From contig JAZDPX010000013.1 in NCBI GenBank assembly GCA_043797125.1, positions 73,180 to 137,179 on the forward strand: 64,000 nt of DNA, given 5' to 3'. Position numbers and translations under genes: made by a program. The stretch is from Candidatus Omnitrophota bacterium. GTDB taxonomy: Bacteria > Omnitrophota > Gorgyraeia > JABMRG01 > JAFGKX01. Below, in pieces: positions 1 through 9,000 of this stretch (positions within the stretch are counted from its first letter, which is position 1; each line of letters begins with the position of its first letter). The notes under the pieces were generated by a model. That model was not told the DNA's origin, did no database searches, and was given only the letters and a program-made list of their open reading frames with translations.

Positions 1-690
1 GATTAAAGGGCAGAACGGAACCCCCGGTTTAATAAAAAGCCCGCCTATGCCTTTTGGCCCGTAGATCTTGTGCCCGGAGAAGGATAAGAAATCAACGCCT
101 AATTCATCCACATCCACAGGTATCTTTCCGGCCGCCTGAACCGCGTCAGTATGCATAAGCGCGCCGTATTGATGCGCCAAATCCGTAATTGCTTTTATAT
201 CCTGAATAGTGCCGATCTCGTTGTTAGCCAACATAATAGAAACAATGGCTGTTTTATCGGAGAGCTTTTCTTTCAGCTGCCGCATATTTATCTTGCCATA
301 CTCATCAACATCTATGTAATGGATAATCAGCCCCCTGCCATGAAGGCATTTGGCTGTTTCCATGATGCAGGGGTGCTCAATCTTTGAGGTGATAATCTCT
401 TTTCTTTTCCCGTGACAGACATCGCATCCTGTCACGCAGCAGGAAATGATATTTAACACGGTGTTATTTGCTTCGGAGCCGCTTCCCACAAAAATAACAT
501 CATCACTCGCTGCTCCGATAAATGACGCGACTATCTCTCTTGCGTCCTCAATCTGCCTTTTTGCCTCTCTGCCAAAGCTGTGAAGGCTCGAGGCGTTGCC
601 AAAGACCTCCATGGCATCTTTTAAGGCAATTTTTACCTCAGGATGAAGTGGGGTCGTGGCATTATAATCCAGGTAGATTTTTTTTGGCAT
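1..690 (-). CDS. iscS: Cysteine desulfurase (IscS/NifS family), 3' end outside window
   Basis: Not in the ORF track. Manual translation from ATG at 690 gives MPKKIYLDYNATTP...GSGSEANN...IEHPC...HTDAVQAAGK...SFSGHKIYGPKGIG, the PLP-lysine motif of class V aminotransferases/desulfurases. Confidence 0.93.
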   Translation of the reverse strand, partial: MPKKIYLDYNATTPLHPEVKIALKDAMEVFGNASSLHSFGREAKRQIEDAREIVASFIGAASDDVIFVGSGSEANNTVLNIISCCVTGCDVCHGKRKEIITSKIEHPCIMETAKCLHGRGLIIHYIDVDEYGKINMRQLKEKLSDKTAIVSIMLANNEIGTIQDIKAITDLAHQYGALMHTDAVQAAGKIPVDVDELGVDFLSFSGHKIYGPKGIGGLFIKPGVPFCPLI

Positions 691-707
691 TTTGATACTC
701 CTTCTGG

Positions 708-738
708 AAATGATACCATATAAGTATCATTTTGTCAA
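708..738 (-). promoter_or_regulatory. Sigma70-type promoter TTGACA-N17-TATCAT overlapped by inverted repeat AAATGATAC-N7-GTATCATTT (putative operator)
   Basis: -35 at 733-738, -10 at 710-715, inverted repeat 708-732, immediately upstream of the desulfurase start. Confidence 0.7.
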
Positions 739-748
739 GAGGCGTTTT

Positions 749-1243
749 TTATAATAGGTCTTTAATGGCTTCTTCGAAAAAATCTTTATCTCTGTAACCA
801 ACTACCTTTTGGACAATGTTGCCGTTGCGATCAATTATAAATGTGGTGGGAATGCCTCTTATGCCGCCGTAAGCTGACTGAACTTCCTGTGTGCCTATAA
901 GTATGGGGTAACTTATACCGTTTTCCTGCGCAAAAGACTTGACTGCGCTTGCTCCGCCCTCATCAAGGGAAATGCCGACAACTGCAAGGCCTTTATCATT
1001 ATACTGTTTATCCAATTCAACAAAATGCGGTATCTCTTCTCTGCACGGGGGGCACCACGTTGCCCAGAAATCGAGTATAACCACCTTACCTTTGAGGCCT
1101 GATGAATCAAATGAATTGCCGTTGATATCCGTTAAGGTGAAGCTCGGGGCTTGTTCCGCGGGCTCTTCATCCAGCGCCGGCGCCTGTTGGCAGCCTGTTG
1201 CCAAGAAAATCGCGCTTAATAAAATTACTGCTATGGTTTTCAT
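749..1243 (-). CDS. TlpA/ResA-family thiol-disulfide oxidoreductase lipoprotein
   Basis: Lipobox LATGC, DFWATWCPPC active site, GIPTT cis-Pro loop. Confidence 0.92.
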   Translation of the reverse strand: MKTIAVILLSAIFLATGCQQAPALDEEPAEQAPSFTLTDINGNSFDSSGLKGKVVILDFWATWCPPCREEIPHFVELDKQYNDKGLAVVGISLDEGGASAVKSFAQENGISYPILIGTQEVQSAYGGIRGIPTTFIIDRNGNIVQKVVGYRDKDFFEEAIKDLL

Positions 1244-1261
1244 TGCATGTCTCCCTTGATT

Positions 1262-1356
1262 GTAATGGTTCAGCTCTCTGAAGCACTACCGACGTAGCGG
1301 AGGCTTAAGCCTCCGCTACGTTCTAGTCTAGATGCTTACAGTGGCTAAATTATTAC
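1262..1356. mobile_element. 95-bp MITE copy 1 with internal 26-bp palindrome
   Basis: GTAATGGTTCAG...CTAAATTATTAC ends, same length and internal layout as copies at 14846, 34960 and 47360. Flanks CTTGATT/CTTTATT are a degraded target duplication. Confidence 0.75.
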
Positions 1357-1358
1357 CT

Positions 1359-2093
1359 TTATTTTGAGAATTTATAGAACACTTCCGGCGTAAACCTTGA
1401 TAGCGCGGAAAGGTTATCGGTAAATATCAGCGCGCCTACAACTATAAGAAATACGCCTGCAACAACTTCGGTCCAGCGTATAAGCTTCTTGTATTTTTCG
1501 AAAAAGCGCATAAATGCGCCCACGCTAAAACCCGTAATAATAAAAGGAATACCCAAACCTAAAGAATACATAAACAACAGAAACATTCCCTTAAGCAGCG
1601 TCTTCTGCGCAGCTGCCATAGTAAGTATTCCGGCTAAAATAGGGCCAACGCAAGGAGTCCAACCAAATGCAAAGGCAAGGCCTATTAAAAACGCGCTGAA
1701 AAGCCCAGGGGTGCGCGGCTTTACTCTAAGGCGCTTTTCATAATTAAGCCAGTTGAATTTTAAAACTCCTGTTAAGTGCAGGCCCAAAGCAACAATTACA
1801 ACACCCGCTACTTTGGTCAATATATCTATATGCTTGGTAAGCAGCTTCCCTATCAGGGAAGTCGATGCCCCTAATGATACGAAAACCAATGAGAATCCAA
1901 AAACAAAAAATATCGATGTAAGTCCGGCCTTGGTGAGGGCCCTGCGCCTTTGCCCGCCCTGGCGCAATTGCTCTATTGATACGCCTGATAAAAATGAAAT
2001 GTAGCCCGGGACAAGCGGCAGCACGCATGGCGAGAGAAAAGAAAGTACGCCTGCTAAAAACGCTACCGGGATAGAAATTTGATTTGTATCCAT
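1359..2093 (-). CDS. ccdA: CcdA/DsbD-family transmembrane electron transporter
   Basis: SFLSPCVLPLVP and GWTPCVGPIL motifs, multiple TM segments, upstream of the TlpA gene. Confidence 0.93.
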   Translation of the reverse strand: MDTNQISIPVAFLAGVLSFLSPCVLPLVPGYISFLSGVSIEQLRQGGQRRRALTKAGLTSIFFVFGFSLVFVSLGASTSLIGKLLTKHIDILTKVAGVVIVALGLHLTGVLKFNWLNYEKRLRVKPRTPGLFSAFLIGLAFAFGWTPCVGPILAGILTMAAAQKTLLKGMFLLFMYSLGLGIPFIITGFSVGAFMRFFEKYKKLIRWTEVVAGVFLIVVGALIFTDNLSALSRFTPEVFYKFSK

Positions 2094-2138
2094 AAATAAT
2101 ATGCCGCCTCCATTGGCATAGAGGCGGCCTTTAAAAAA

Positions 2139-2375
2139 TTATTCCATGTTATCTAAGGCTTCTTGAATAAGCGGAAGGATAGAGGTTATCTCTTCTTTGC
2201 TTAGCCTGCCGAGTTTGGCAAATTTGTAATTTCCATCGTCATCTTTATTCTCGCGGCTGATCTGAAGTTTTTTAGCTCCCTGGTTATAGGAATAGATGCT
2301 TACAGTAAGACGGCTGGTATCATTCTCCCATGTCTTTGCAAACAGAGACTCATCTAAGCTGCTATTATACGGCAT
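2139..2375 (-). CDS. Small conserved-looking hypothetical protein (possibly PC4/YdbC-like fold)
   Basis: AAGGAG RBS, 78 aa, beta-rich with C-terminal helix. The fold guess is by eye only. Confidence 0.7.
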   Translation of the reverse strand: MPYNSSLDESLFAKTWENDTSRLTVSIYSYNQGAKKLQISRENKDDDGNYKFAKLGRLSKEEITSILPLIQEALDNME

Positions 2376-2396
2376 ATTTCTCTCCTTCTTTAGCTG

Positions 2397-2428
2397 TTAG
2401 TAGCGCAGGCTTAAGCCTGCGCTACTAA
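2397..2428. repeat. Solo GTAG-type perfect palindrome (REP-like)
   Basis: TTAGTAGCGCAGGCTTAAGCCTGCGCTACTAA is its own reverse complement. Confidence 0.9.
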
Positions 2429-2487
2429 TGTAGATAACTCAACATTTTAAGTAGTAATGATATAACATCTGCTAAAAAAAGGCAAGC

Positions 2488-2583
2488 GAAATCCCTCGCT
2501 TTCATCAGGATTTCGTCCCGAGCAAATGCGAGGGGAGAAATCCCTCGCTTTCATCAGGATTTCGTCCCGAGCAAATGCGAGGG
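2488..2583. repeat. Tandem direct repeat, 2 x 47 bp identical (period 49), each unit a hairpin
   Basis: GAAATCCCTCGCTTTCATCAGGATTTCGTCCCGAGCAAATGCGAGGG at 2488-2534 and 2537-2583, with CCCTCGC/GCGAGGG arms. Confidence 0.9.
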
Positions 2584-2586
2584 AAA

Positions 2587-3129
2587 TTAATTTTGTTCCC
2601 CACTCATCCCCATGCCGCATTCTCCGCCTTTGCCCATTTTACCCATCTTGCCCTTTTTGCCTTTCATATTCGAGCACATTTCGGTAAACTTGTCAAATTG
2701 CTCAGACGTTAGAATAGCCTTGGTCTGCAAAATATTAGCTACTCTACCATCAACCTTCTGGGCCTGCAAGCTCTTAACTTCAGCAGCTATGCTGTTTATT
2801 ACAGCTGTGTCTGAAGTTGCGCTATCCAGCGCCTGTCGCAGGTTTTCTTCCTTTTCTTTCAGGGCCTGGCATATCTGGTCCATCTGCGTCCTATGCGCCT
2901 CGCGCAGGCTCTTAAGCTTGTCCTGCTGCTCCTGGGTAAGCCCAAGCTCCTTATCCATGCTGCTGCACATATCTTCAGGTTTTATCTCCTTGTTACAGTG
3001 CGGGCATACAATGGTTTTACCTTTACGGCTTCCATACATACCCCCATGCTCTGCATATGCCGGCATAGAAGCAATTAATAATGCTGCAATGCCCATAAAA
3101 ACTATTGCTTTCTTAAAATTTGCATTCAT
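2587..3129 (-). CDS. Spy/CpxP/ZraP-like periplasmic chaperone or metal sensor
   Basis: Signal peptide, LGLTQEQQ and ILTSEQ (LTxxQ) motifs, CPHC motif, Met/Gly/Lys-rich tail. Start moved to ATG 3129 downstream of AGGAGG. Confidence 0.85.
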   Translation of the reverse strand: MNANFKKAIVFMGIAALLIASMPAYAEHGGMYGSRKGKTIVCPHCNKEIKPEDMCSSMDKELGLTQEQQDKLKSLREAHRTQMDQICQALKEKEENLRQALDSATSDTAVINSIAAEVKSLQAQKVDGRVANILQTKAILTSEQFDKFTEMCSNMKGKKGKMGKMGKGGECGMGMSGEQN

Positions 3130-3152
3130 TGTTTTCACCTCCTATCATTATC

Positions 3153-3181
3153 TTAGACAAACAAAACCGTCAATAAGTTCC
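3153..3181 (-). promoter_or_regulatory. ECF (sigmaE-type) promoter GGAACTT-N16-GTCTAA
   Basis: Same -35/-10 and spacing as the site upstream of the ECF sigma gene. Confidence 0.8.
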
Positions 3182-3193
3182 TTTAGTTCTTCG

Positions 3194-3219
3194 GTAGCGG
3201 AGCCTTAAGGCTCCGCTAC
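3194..3219. repeat. Solo GTAG-type perfect palindrome, compensatory variant
   Basis: GTAGCGGAGCCTTAAGGCTCCGCTAC. Confidence 0.9.
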
Positions 3220-3245
3220 ACTTGTGGATAACTCGCCTTATCCTT

Positions 3246-3713
3246 TTACAGGAAATATTCTTCCACGGCGCTGCTAAGATTCTCATTATCCTGTTCTTCA
3301 TAATCATTTGTATTGCCATTGCCGCTGGTTAAAGAAACAAGAAATTGCGCCTGTTCCTGTAAATATACTTCGGCTGTATCGTGCCTGACAGACAGCCGCA
3401 TTATAAAAGAAAACGCTATAATCAAAACTGTTAGAATTGCCGCAGCCGCAAACGCGGGCCTTGGCATATGAAAAAAGGCAGGCTTTGGCGCGCTTTCTAT
3501 TTTATCTTTAATATTATACCAGAGCGCCTTAGGGGCGTTCTTTTTTTCTGCCTGCTTTAACGGCTCTACGGCTGTTTTGCGCATAGCTTCCTCGAAACGC
3601 TTACATTCGCTGCAGGCGCTTAGATGAAGCGTTATTTCTTTGCGCAGCCCTTCGCTAATCTCGTTATCAAGATAATCCGTGATAATTATTTCCTGAATTT
3701 CCTTACAATTCAT
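3246..3713 (-). CDS. Zinc-binding anti-sigma factor (zf-HC2) with one TM helix
   Basis: MNC...DYLD...HLSACSEC (HxxxCxxC) plus TM segment. Start at ATG 3713 overlaps the end of the sigma gene. Confidence 0.9.
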   Translation of the reverse strand: MNCKEIQEIIITDYLDNEISEGLRKEITLHLSACSECKRFEEAMRKTAVEPLKQAEKKNAPKALWYNIKDKIESAPKPAFFHMPRPAFAAAAILTVLIIAFSFIMRLSVRHDTAEVYLQEQAQFLVSLTSGNGNTNDYEEQDNENLSSAVEEYFL

Positions 3714-4239
3714 TTTTACCGCCCCTTTTGCCAAATTGAGTAACAAGCGCCTCCCTGGCCCTCTTAAGCCTTGAGCGCACGGTATTTATATTAATCTTTA
3801 AGGTGTCCGCTATCTCCTGATAGCTTAGGCCTTCTATGTTTCTTAACACTATGCAGGAACGCTGCTCGGGGTTAAGCGCGGCTAACAAAGATTTAATTAG
3901 CGCTTCGTTTGGCTGCTCTTTAGTTTCGGCTGCTATATCATCGGTAAGCTCTACGAGCTTGCCTGATTCCCTGGTTCTTTTTTTACATGTATTTATGGCG
4001 GTATTAACAGCTATTCTGTAGGCCCATGTTTTAAATGACGAGCGGAATTGGAAATTTTTAAGGTTCTTATATATGTTTACAAACACATCCTGCGTAATTT
4101 CTTTGGCGTCTTCGGCGTTATTAGCCATGCGAAAAGCAAGATTATACACAAAATCAGAGCTTACATCATATATGCTCTGAAAAGCGCTCATATTGCCCTC
4201 CGATGCCTCTTTTATAATGTTATCCGGTATATCCTGCAT
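3703..4239 (-). CDS. ECF sigma-70 factor (RpoE/SigW-like)
   Basis: DAKEITQDVF, FKTWAYRIAVN (region 2) and GLSYQEIADTLKININTVRSRLKRAR (region 4). Confidence 0.95.
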   Translation of the reverse strand: MQDIPDNIIKEASEGNMSAFQSIYDVSSDFVYNLAFRMANNAEDAKEITQDVFVNIYKNLKNFQFRSSFKTWAYRIAVNTAINTCKKRTRESGKLVELTDDIAAETKEQPNEALIKSLLAALNPEQRSCIVLRNIEGLSYQEIADTLKININTVRSRLKRAREALVTQFGKRGGKNEL

Positions 4240-4254
4240 CTTTCCTCTATTATA

Positions 4255-4283
4255 TTAGACAGCCAAACCCTCTAAAAAGTTCC
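4255..4283 (-). promoter_or_regulatory. Autoregulatory ECF promoter GGAACTT-N16-GTCTAA
   Basis: Classic sigmaE-type elements 15 nt upstream of the sigma start codon. Confidence 0.8.
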
Positions 4284-4300
4284 GGTTAATTATACCCTGC

Positions 4301-4335
4301 AAAACAAAAAACCCCAAGCTAAATTTGCTTGGGGT
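4301..4335 (-). terminator. Intrinsic terminator
   Basis: ACCCCAAGC/GCTTGGGGT stem followed by a T-run on the minus strand, downstream of 4363..5910. Confidence 0.8.
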
Positions 4336-4362
4336 GAAAATAACAATTTTTCTTGTTAATGT

Positions 4363-5910
4363 TTATGCGGCCATATTAAATCCAGCAAATATGGAATCCG
4401 AACTTTGTACTTTAAGCTTGAACATGTCCATTGACTTATCTATTTTACTATTGCCTTGAACAAGGGATAGCTTAGATATTGTTTCTATGTCATCTTCCGA
4501 TACAAGAGTAATTGGCGGTTGGATTTTGTATTCAACTTCTAATTTGCTAAATTCCGTTTGCCTATTACAACCATTAAAAAAATCTTTAGCCACAATCGCA
4601 TATATCATGCCTGATTTATCCAAGGCGAAATTTATAAGCGGGCATGGCCCAAAATATGTAAAAGTTGCACGCTCACGAAAACTGCTCTCTCCAGCGCTTT
4701 CCTGCTTATCCTTATCTTCATAAGAGCTGGTAACTATTGTTTTATCCTTACCAAAGGTGATGTTGTGTTTCATATCCGTGTCTGTGCCATCGGTCAACTT
4801 GCGATATGAGGCTTCGAATTTAATTTCTTCGCCGGAGCTTAGAGTTACAACAAAGTAATTTCTGTCAGCGCCGCCTAATTTGCGCTCCGAGTCTGATTTG
4901 TTGCGCGTTAAGTGGCCGCTGGTTTTATTTTTATAATCGTTATATATATAAAGATGATAACCCTTTTCTTGCATAATCTTTCCTAATTTTTCAAATAGCT
5001 CGGAGTAAGAAACATTTTCTACGGAGGCCATAATATCCGGACTAATCGGATATAACGCTTTTGTTTTTCCGGCTGCAGGCTCAAGTATAAACATACTCGG
5101 TTTGTTAGTCAATGAATGGCCCAATTCTGCGTTTTCATATTTTTCATAAAATTCTTTAGTTACATATGCCTTAACACATACGCCCCTATCGTTTCCAGCA
5201 TCATAAACCACCAATCCAAAACCTCTGATGGGGTTTGGGCCTTTAATCACAACGCCTTTTGAGCTTGAATAATAGCCGTCTTTTTTGTGTTGCTCCTTAG
5301 GGAAATCGATCGCGCCGATGCATTCAGAAATTTCTGCTTTATCTTTGCCAAATATAAATTCATCGCGGGAAAACAATCTTTCATTGTATTCGTCTTTTTC
5401 GGAATATGTGCGGTCTTTTGATTTTCTAAAAATCAGAGTGCCGTCTTTTTGTAAAATAATTTCGTCGGTTTCGAAATTAGTTTTGCGCACATATCTTATT
5501 CCTTCCCCGGAAGGGGCTATTTCCAGGTTAAACTTCGCACAAGGATATTGCATGTCTGATATTGCTTTTCCAATTACTAGTACTAATGCCCGGAATAGTT
5601 CAAGGTTGGGATTGACGCCTTCTTGCGGGGGTATTTCCATCCTAAAGCCCTCATGCGGAGAATACATACTTGATATTTCAACTTCAAGTTCTGGTGTTAT
5701 TTTAAAGCTGCTAATAAAGTTGCTGTTAAAGATATCTGTGAGATTAAAATCTTTCTTAGGCAACCCTCCTTCTACTATTCTGAATATTCTAAAAGAAGCA
5801 GGCCTTAATGCAGATGCATTATATTGTTTTTGATTAAAATAAGGCGTGGAATTTAAAATTTGCGTGGAAGTAAATAAAAGTGCTATTGTAGTTGATAGTA
5901 TCTTACGCAT
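4363..5910 (-). CDS. Hypothetical exported protein with LRPAS motif and C-terminal AA
   Basis: Long ORF with no recognisable domain. Likely start MRKILSTTIALLF (5910, versus 5949 in the track). Ends ...FNMAA. Confidence 0.8.
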   Translation of the reverse strand: MRKILSTTIALLFTSTQILNSTPYFNQKQYNASALRPASFRIFRIVEGGLPKKDFNLTDIFNSNFISSFKITPELEVEISSMYSPHEGFRMEIPPQEGVNPNLELFRALVLVIGKAISDMQYPCAKFNLEIAPSGEGIRYVRKTNFETDEIILQKDGTLIFRKSKDRTYSEKDEYNERLFSRDEFIFGKDKAEISECIGAIDFPKEQHKKDGYYSSSKGVVIKGPNPIRGFGLVVYDAGNDRGVCVKAYVTKEFYEKYENAELGHSLTNKPSMFILEPAAGKTKALYPISPDIMASVENVSYSELFEKLGKIMQEKGYHLYIYNDYKNKTSGHLTRNKSDSERKLGGADRNYFVVTLSSGEEIKFEASYRKLTDGTDTDMKHNITFGKDKTIVTSSYEDKDKQESAGESSFRERATFTYFGPCPLINFALDKSGMIYAIVAKDFFNGCNRQTEFSKLEVEYKIQPPITLVSEDDIETISKLSLVQGNSKIDKSMDMFKLKVQSSDSIFAGFNMAA

Positions 5911-6011
5911 AATATTAGCCCGTTCCATATTAACAGCTGATACAGCCATTATAAAAGCGGCGCTTAGGGGAAATATGTTTTCCGCTTAAGGCTGTGGCTA
6001 TCCAAGCAGAT

Positions 6012-9000
6012 TTAAGCTGCTTGCTGCAGTGCCACAGCGACTTTTTCATCAACTCTTCTTGGCAGAATCTCTTCCTTTTGATCCTTTACTTTATCGAACG
6101 TCTGTTTCCTGTACTCTTTTAAAAGCTCGAGAAATTCACTATCATCTGAAAATTTAAAAACTTTAATGTTATTACCTGAGCTGTTTCCGTTTGCATCGTT
6201 GATCTTTTTCTTGATTATCTTTATAGCATCATATCCAACCCTTACTATATCCTTTTCGCTAGCTAATCTTCTCCATTGATCCCAATATATATCAACGCCT
6301 GACCATGCTGCGCCAAGCATCATAATATCGTAAGTTACAAAACTTAGGCCTGTGCCTAATTCTTTAAAATGTTCAATATATTTATCTAAACTCAATGTAT
6401 CTGAAGGAGTAGCTATATTGATACCGACCTGCAACCCGTCCTGGCCAGGTATCAGATTCATTTCTTTCAGTATGTGTTTCCAGGCGATAACAACTGCCCC
6501 TGCCTGAGTGCCTTGCAAATCAGTAATTTGCAAGCCAAGACGCTTCTTCTGCTGAACGCCTAACTTATCGCGCGCTTCTTTAAAAGCCTGCAATTCTAAA
6601 CGATTTATCGGATAGAAATCACTTATCGCCTTAGCTGCGCCTTTTAAGCCATAATCGGGGTTAGGATTGACATCTTCAACTAAGAATGAACCCACAAGCA
6701 TATTGCTAAGTTCAGCGCAATTAAGGCTGGTTGTCGTATGGATAACAAACTCTTCTGTATTATTCTTTAAAGTATCTAGAATGTGCTGCTTAAATACTTG
6801 CCTGATAAACTCATCCGCTGTTTTGTCTTCCTGTTTGAGTAATGAAGATATGTCATTTTTAAGTTGCTTGATATATTTTTCTCTTACGGCATCCTGCTTG
6901 GGAATCTCGATGCTTTTGTTTTTTGCAATATTATTACAAATATTTTCAAGTGAAGTTTTTATGCTATCTTCCGGAAGACCTTTTATCTTTTGCATAAACC
7001 TGCCGAGTAGATCCTTTTTTTCTGATTCATCAGAAATTTTAGAAATCTTGTCTGCTTCATCATATAAATCACCGATGTGTTTATTAAATATCTCGGCAAA
7101 ATTTTTCTCAAAATTTTTCTCATCGCTGCCGTAGGCGTGTATAAGCAAAGGATGAAACTTAAATGCGCCATATGCATCATTTGCGTTTTCCCTGACAGCC
7201 AATTCTTCGTTTACAGCAGGCTCAATCTCCGGTATCGGCAGCGATCTAGGCTCTACCTTTTCTCTTTTCACTTTTAAATCGCCTTCGTAAATTTTGCCTG
7301 CCTTATAGTCTATTGTAACAAATTTACCGTTTAATTTTGTTTTTTCTTTTCCTATATTTTTCGATATTACTTTTACCCTTGTCGGAATAATACTTTTGCC
7401 TGCGTCAAATACATCCCAGTCCTCCAGGCTGACGCCTGCATCTATGATTATAGCTTTTGCATACTGCAGATCATCCCAATCAATGCCCTGCCTCTCAAGG
7501 CCTTCTGTTGTATTATCCCAGGCCTTATTCCATGCCTTTAAGATGCCACTGCGCGAGTTTTCGTCGAAGTTCATATTTTCTAATTTGTTCAAAAATTTAT
7601 CTGAAGTAATACTGTATAAATTGGCCCACACATAAACATTTTCAGAAACTTCTCTCACCAAGCCTTTCTCCAGCAGGATATTAAAATCTTTCTCCTTCAT
7701 CGTTTCTAGAAACTCTTGTTTTTGCATTAACACAAAATTTTTAGTTAAAACAACTATTTTATTATATACACTCATAGTGCTCTGCGCGCTTTCCGGGCTT
7801 TGCAATTTCATAAATTCTTTTTTCTTGGTAAGCTCATCGCCTTTAAGGCCTTTTAAACTGTTTGGCACCAAATCATCCTTATCATCTATAAAAATAATTT
7901 CACCCTTAATAACGCCTTCGTCCTGCCTAATTTCGTCACCATTTGATTTTAAATCAATTAATATGTTTCTGTCTTTGGAAGGCACGTCTATTTCTTTCAT
8001 TGCGGACATAGCATCATAACGCACCATTGATGCGAGCAGCCTTACCGACATGGTACTTACCCCAAAAGAATTAAGCAAGGCCATTACTTTGCCTGCTAAA
8101 TCATAACGGCGTATTTTAACCAGATTTGTCACTAACTCACCGCATAATTTTGTAATTATTTCATGGTTATCAGCCTCTCTTACCACAGCCTCAATAAGCT
8201 GCAATATAGTATAGGCACCCTCAAAAGCCAATGGCAGGTTCTTATTGCTTTTATCATAGTAATATCCGCTTTTAATTATTTCATCTATTGCTTGTATCGC
8301 TGCCGGGTCTTCTATTTTTAGCTTTGTTTTGTAGTCCTCCCTGCAGGCTTTTGAGGCTATATAAGTATAGTCATTGGTCCCGAATGAGAAAAAGACGGAT
8401 TCTACTCCGTATTTTTTATATTTTTCCTTAATTTGATTCAGCCTTTCGCTTATTTCAGAGATCTGCATAGCGCAACTCGGCACTTCAATCATAATGCCAA
8501 CTTCTCTTGGAAGCATACCTTTTTTACCTGCCGCCATTTGCAAAGCCCTATCCATAATTTCAAGCTCATTGGCAAATCTTATAAACACATAAAAAAAAGA
8601 CTGGTTGCGCGTATTTTTGTGAGCGTCTATAACAGCCTCTATTAAAAAAGAAAGTACTTTCTGGTCGTAATGTTCGAGCTTAATGCCTCGCAAGCCGACA
8701 AATGGATTTTTCCCGGGCTCTGCAAATATGTCGCCTATCAAGCCTCTTATTTTATCCATAGCAAAATCGTATGACCTGGCGCTTGCTTTCTGCATTGAGC
8801 CGCAGCAAAAACCCATCAGATTATAAAAATTATAGAAATTCTTCGAAAGATATTCCTGCGCCGATGCGCACCCCCCTTCTTTAATCTTTTCTTCTGTCTT
8901 TTTTATAACATATTCATTAGCTTTCATTTTTTCAATTATATTGTAGTCATAATTAAAATTTCTTTCCATTTCCCCGTAATAGTGCGCAATGAGATTTGCT

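Noticed and set aside
412-426. CxxCH heme c attachment site in the desulfurase
   Set aside because: The protein is cytoplasmic with no signal peptide, so cytochrome c maturation is implausible. Kept only as a possible metal site.
2488-2583. Possible hammerhead ribozyme (CTGATGA and GAAA on the minus strand)
   Set aside because: GAAA does not directly follow a stem closing after CUGAUGA, and I could not build the three-stem junction. A REP-like hairpin explains it better.
3223-3231. Perfect DnaA box TGTGGATAA
   Set aside because: Single copy, and it matches the TGTAGATAAC tail of another REP copy at ~2429. There is no box cluster or origin context.
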